In this document: positions 59,460-64,000 of the stretch, in pieces
Layout of the letters: every line of letters begins with the position of its first letter
Numbering within the stretch: the first letter of the stretch is position 1
NCBI GenBank assembly: GCA_024137785.1
Contig: JAHRHZ010000002.1
Span: 5,076,328-5,140,327 of the forward strand
Source: Ginglymostoma cirratum
Lineage: Eukaryota
Direction of reading: 5' to 3'
DNA length: 64,000 bases
The notes under the pieces: generated by a model
The model's database searches: none
Seen by the model: only the letters and a program-made list of their open reading frames with translations
Told to the model about the DNA's origin: nothing
Program-made: the position numbers and the translations under genes

Positions 59460-62050
59460 CTGCAATCATTGGTGGTCCCTCAGGGTGAGTCCGCAGGTGG
59501 CTGTACAGACAGATGTGGCTTCCGCAGAGTCTGCCACACTTGGGACAGAAGTGTGGCAGTGCACTCCTTATGTTGTTTTCACCTGGCTTCTGCTTTTTCT
59601 TGATGGCAAGTCTTGAGGCATTTGATGCCTTCCCGGATGCTCCTCCTCCATCTTGGACAGTCTTGTCCCAGTGATTCCCAAGTATCTATAGGAATGCCTC
59701 ACTTCACCAGTGAGGTATTGATGGTATCACTGAAGTATTTCCTCTGTCCACCTGAGGCTCACCTGCCATTTTGGAGCTGGAAGTATCACACCTGCTAGGG
59801 GAATCTTGTATTGGTTATATGAACAATGTGCCCAGCTCATTGCAGCCAGTCAATGGTGGTTAGTGCCTCGATGCTGGGGTTGTTGGCCTGGTCACGTATT
59901 CTGACATTAATACATCTGTCTTCCCAGCGGATTCACAGGGTCTTGTGCAGGCATTGGTGGTACTGCTGCAGCGCCTTGAGGTGTCTGATGTAGTCAGTTG
60001 ACATTTCAGAGCCATATAAAGAGAGTGGGAACCACCACAGTTCTGTAAACCATGAGTTTGGTGTCAGATCTGATGTTGTCATCCTCAAACTTTTCCTCAG
60101 GTGGCCAAAGATTGCATTAACACGCTGGAGGAATGCTGGATCTCTTCATCAATAAGTGCTCTGGATGACAGGGCACTCCTAGTTATTGGAAGAGGTCAAC
60201 ATTCTCTAAGGCCTCCCCATGGACCTTGATGATCTGGGGCTTGCTCTGCAATGCCAGGCCTGGTTGGTGGAGGACCTTCATCTTATGGATGTTCAGGGTG
60301 AGACCCTGCTCACTTATGCCTCCATAAAGGTGTTGTCAATGTTCTGGTTGTCACTCTGTGAGTTTGCACATATGCAAACGTCATTCGCTGACTGCAGCTC
60401 AATGACACTAATTGGGGTGAATTTGGTTTTGGCTTGAAAGTGGTGGAGGTTGAATAATTTCCTGCTCATTCTGTAGTTAGTTCCACTGCAGCGGGGAGCT
60501 TATTGGAATAAGGTGAAGCATTGCAGTGGGGTAAATTGAGAACAGAGTTGGGGTGATGATGCAGTCCTGCTTGATACCAGTCTGAATGGGGAATGGGTCA
60601 GCGGTGGAGCCATTTGTCATTTCAATGACTTCCACATCATTGTGGAGCAGAGGAAAGCTGGTGACGAGCTTCGTTGTAGACACAAGGTGGAGAAGGATGC
60701 TCCGGTTGATGGTGTCAAAGGCCTTTGTAAGATCGAAGAAGGCAACGTGCTATGGTAGGTTCTTTCCTGTGTATTTCTTCTGCAGCTGTCGCGTGGTGAA
60801 AATCATGTCTGTTGTGCCCCTCCATGGCTGGAACCTGCACTGTAACTCCTGGAGAAGGTCCTCAGCCACAGGGAGGAGACAGTTGAGGAAGACCTTGCTG
60901 ATGACTTTTCCAATGCTCGACAGCAGGGAGATTCCCCTGTAGTTACCACATGTTCTCTTTTCCGAAAATACTCACAACTGAGATCTCCCAGATGCTCGCC
61001 TCCTCCCAGATAAGGCAGACATGGGCGTGTACAGTAGCTGCAGCAGCAGCTCTTTGCCTCTGCACTTCAATGCCTCAGCAGGGATATCATCTGCTCCAGT
61101 GGCCTTGTTGTTCTTAAGCTGATGGACGGCCTTCTATACTTTGTGCAGGGCTGGGTTGTTGCTGAACTTATGACATGTAGCATGCTGTGGAATACTTTCA
61201 AGGACACCTGGATCAATGACAGAGCCCTGGTTGAGGAGGTTTCTGCAGTCATCTCCCCAGTGTTTTTTGATGGTATCTTTGTCTTTGGTAAGAATCACTC
61301 CATCTTTGGCCAGCAGAAGAGTGCCACCTTGGGTGTTTGGTCTGTAAGTGGTCTGGACAGCACAGAGGAAACCCTACACATTATGGTTATCAGCCATTCG
61401 TTGGGCCTCCAGTGCTTTTTCCACCCACCACCTGTTCTTTACGTCACAGGTTCGTCGTTTGACCTTGGCCTTCAGATGCCTGTGGGTCTACCTTTTCTCT
61501 TCCAAGTACAGTTGCTGTTTTATACTCTGAAACGTCATTCATTTCCAGCTTATCAGTTCCTGGGATCTCCAGATCATCCTCATCAAACCAGTTTTGTTGC
61601 TCCCTGGCTGAGTGACCGACGGACATTTTGCAGGCACTGACGATGGTTGTCTTTGGAGAGCTGACCAGAGGCTGTTGGAATCCTGCAACTCGGTGTCACT
61701 GAGGGTCACTAGATTTGTGGAGAGGAGCTAGTTGTATGAGGCTATCTTTTTCAGGTCTTTGAGTGCCTCAATGTTGAACTTCTAGTAGCTCTGTTTCTTT
61801 CGTCTCTGCTGCAGTGGGGCTATTTTTATGCTAATCCTGGCTTGGATCAGGAGATGATCTGTCCAGTAGTCATCAGCTCTTGTCATGGCAAGTGTATTTT
61901 AACATCTTTCTGATATCCCCACTATGATGATGAAGTAGTCAAGGCGGTGCCAGTGTTTGAAGCACAGCTGCTGCCATATTGTCTTGTACTTATCCCTTTG
62001 ATAGAGCTGTGTGTTGGTGCTGAGTAGGTTGTGCTCATGGCATTTGGTCA
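59460..62050 (-). mobile_element. RTE (BovB-like) LINE remnant
   Basis: KHWHRLDYFII, NWFDEDD, NYRGISLLSIGK, FFDLTKAFDTINR, IQTGIKQDCIITPTLFSIY. Confidence 0.85.
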
Positions 62051-62149
62051 GGACTCACTTTGACTACTAGGGCTGTAATGAGGTTCTGAGCATGTTATCC
62101 TGAAACCTTCACTCCAGATGTTCCTGATCAAGATTGTCTGCTCAACATC

Positions 62150-62405
62150 TTACCCAGCCTATTCCAGGTTAGTGATATTTATATCCCAGTTTACTGGTCT
62201 AGGTAAGTAATAGACTGAATGTATACCAGGTTACTGTTCCAGCTCAGTGATTGACCATGTATGTCCCAGTTTACTATTGCAGGTTAGTGTTAAACCAAGT
62301 GTTTGGTCCCAAGTTTCTGTTTCAGGTTAATTATAGACTTGGTGCATTCCAGGTTACTTTTCCAGATTAATGATAGACTAGGCATGTTCCAGGTTAGTGG
62401 TGGAT
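62150..62405. repeat. Degenerate ~40-bp tandem repeat in gene D intron 1
   Basis: Core ccaggttactgttccaggttagtgat; reverse-complement copies at 48560-48700 in gene C intron 1. Confidence 0.65.
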
Positions 62406-63273
62406 CTGGCAAGCTATTAAGGTGAAATCAAAGATATGATCTCAACAGGACATTTAAATTGCAGAGGGCAGTTGCTTTGCTATACCATTCACACTGACTA
62501 GCATTCAGTAAATGGAGGAATATAGGACAGGAGAGGAGATAAGTGATCAGTTACAACTCCAATTTTAATTCAAATCACTCATGCGAGTTACAAATTCCCA
62601 GTGACCAGTGTCCAATAATAGTTTGCACAGAGAGCTGGGCGCAGTAATTTTCCTTCCTGCAGGCAATGTGTTGGCATCTTTTGCAGCCAACAACAACTTG
62701 GAGAAAGTGAAGGAGGGTCTGAAGCCAGATGCTAATGTAGCCTGGAATCCTGCTCTCCCTCTGAAGGTCAAACAACAACTGACTGCGTCTCCCAGAGTTG
62801 TGTATTGAAGTAACTCACTAGTTCTGATTTCAGTCATTTCATTTATTAATGGGCCACCTCACTGAGCTTGTACATTAAGCAAACAAATCACCTCTCCATC
62901 AGAGTTCCATTGAAAGGCAACAAGGTAATTATGAAAGTATTAACATAACATTTGAATGTAGTGGGTCTCGATGTTTTTCTTTGTCCAGAGCTAGCTTGGG
63001 GTAGACAGATAGTCTCCAAGTCCTTTGTGTCAGTTTTCGTGGAACATTTACACACTTCAGGGAAACAACATCCTCTGGTAATATGATCGTGTGATCACCT
63101 TGGCCATTCTATGCTTCACCAAGGTCGTCCATTTTTGAAAGAAGCAGCATTTAAATGCAAAATCAGAAGAGAATATAGATTTTTGGTGCATTTTTCTTCA
63201 CAGACCCTCCTTGACAATTCTTATGGATCTGAAATTGGAGTTTAACATATCTCTTTAAGTGTTTGCATCACAG

Positions 63274-63533
63274 ACACTAACTCCCTCACTGTGATATATA
63301 CAAGAGTCTCCGGAATACAAGATTTCCCTGAGGTCACTGGTATTGTGAAGGTCAATGGAGACCAAAGAGGTTATTTTGACAGTAATATCCATAGCTGCCT
63401 ATCCAGGCAGCAGTTCCTGGCTGAATCACTCGATCTGAAATTCTGGGACAATGCCATTGATTTGGTGATCTTGCTTGCAAACTTAGCAAGGAGAATCTGA
63501 AAATCATCATCAAACGGACAAACCAGACTTCAG
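63274..63533 (+). pseudogene. Gene D alpha1 exon, 1-nt deletion near the 3' end
   Basis: cacAG|DTNSLTVIYTRVSGIQDFPEVTGIVKVNGDQRGYFDS..FWD..LA/KENLKIIIKRTNQTS|GTCAGA; 260 nt. Confidence 0.9.
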
Positions 63534-64000
63534 GTCAGAACAGCCCTGTAAAATCTCAGTATCTCCTGATTCACTCCAATCAGTCCATTCCCCCAGCACT
63601 AATGACTGGGACACTCCAATGAGAACACTTGCTAGAATTGAACAATCTATTGAACTCTTTGGATGAACTTGAGTATGAACCACTTTCATTCCAATGCCGT
63701 GAATTGACTCATGCTGTCAGAGTGTGGGGATAAACACCTTTTGTTTGGAATTTAATGAGCTGAGAATTAACTCTTTTCCTTCAAATTCAGGAGGATGATG
63801 TCTATCAACAGCAACAGGACATAGATAACCTGACAAAATGAGCACACAGTGGCAGATTGACTTAATGGAAGAAAGTATAAGGAGATGTATTTTGGCAGAA
63901 CTGAGAGGAAAATGTGATGTAGACTTAACAATGGGGCAGTGCTGTCATGAGAAAATAGGATTACCATAAGGAGAAATATCATGGAGAGGATGGGTCGAAT

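Noticed and set aside
51745-62405. Short spaced repeats (51745-51905, 62150-62405) as CRISPR-like arrays
   Set aside because: Degenerate eukaryotic minisatellites without constant repeats, unique spacers or cas genes.
63767-63982. Signal-peptide-like ORF MIFLLMVILFS on the minus strand
   Set aside because: Antisense within gene D intron 2, with no suitable donor and no homology to the leaders.

Overview
Vertebrate genomic DNA, most likely from a shark (inferred from the repeat families and the class I lineage). Most of the window is decayed repeats: CR1, L2/CR1-group, Tx1, Rex1/Babar and RTE LINEs, Penelope-like elements, SINEs, a Gypsy remnant, Harbinger remnants and probable solo LTRs. Among them lies a rearranged cluster of nonclassical MHC class I genes and gene fragments, resembling the shark UEA/UCA-type lineages (lineage not confirmed). 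Gene A (minus; alpha2, alpha3, two tail exons) is a clear pseudogene. Gene B (plus) retains only TM and tail exons, with a possible ITIM-bearing extension. Gene C (minus; alpha1-alpha3, TM, tail) has no premature stop in its visible exons, but has no leader and has altered splice donors. Gene D (plus; promoter, leader, alpha1) has two 1-nt deletions and runs off the window. There is also an orphan leader exon and an orphan 3' flank. Both alpha2 exons lack canonical Cys101. Penelope-like terminal repeats carry minimal hammerhead ribozyme cores and form many short palindromic insertions with target-site duplications (TSDs). All exon calls come from manual translation and alignment; no database search was run.
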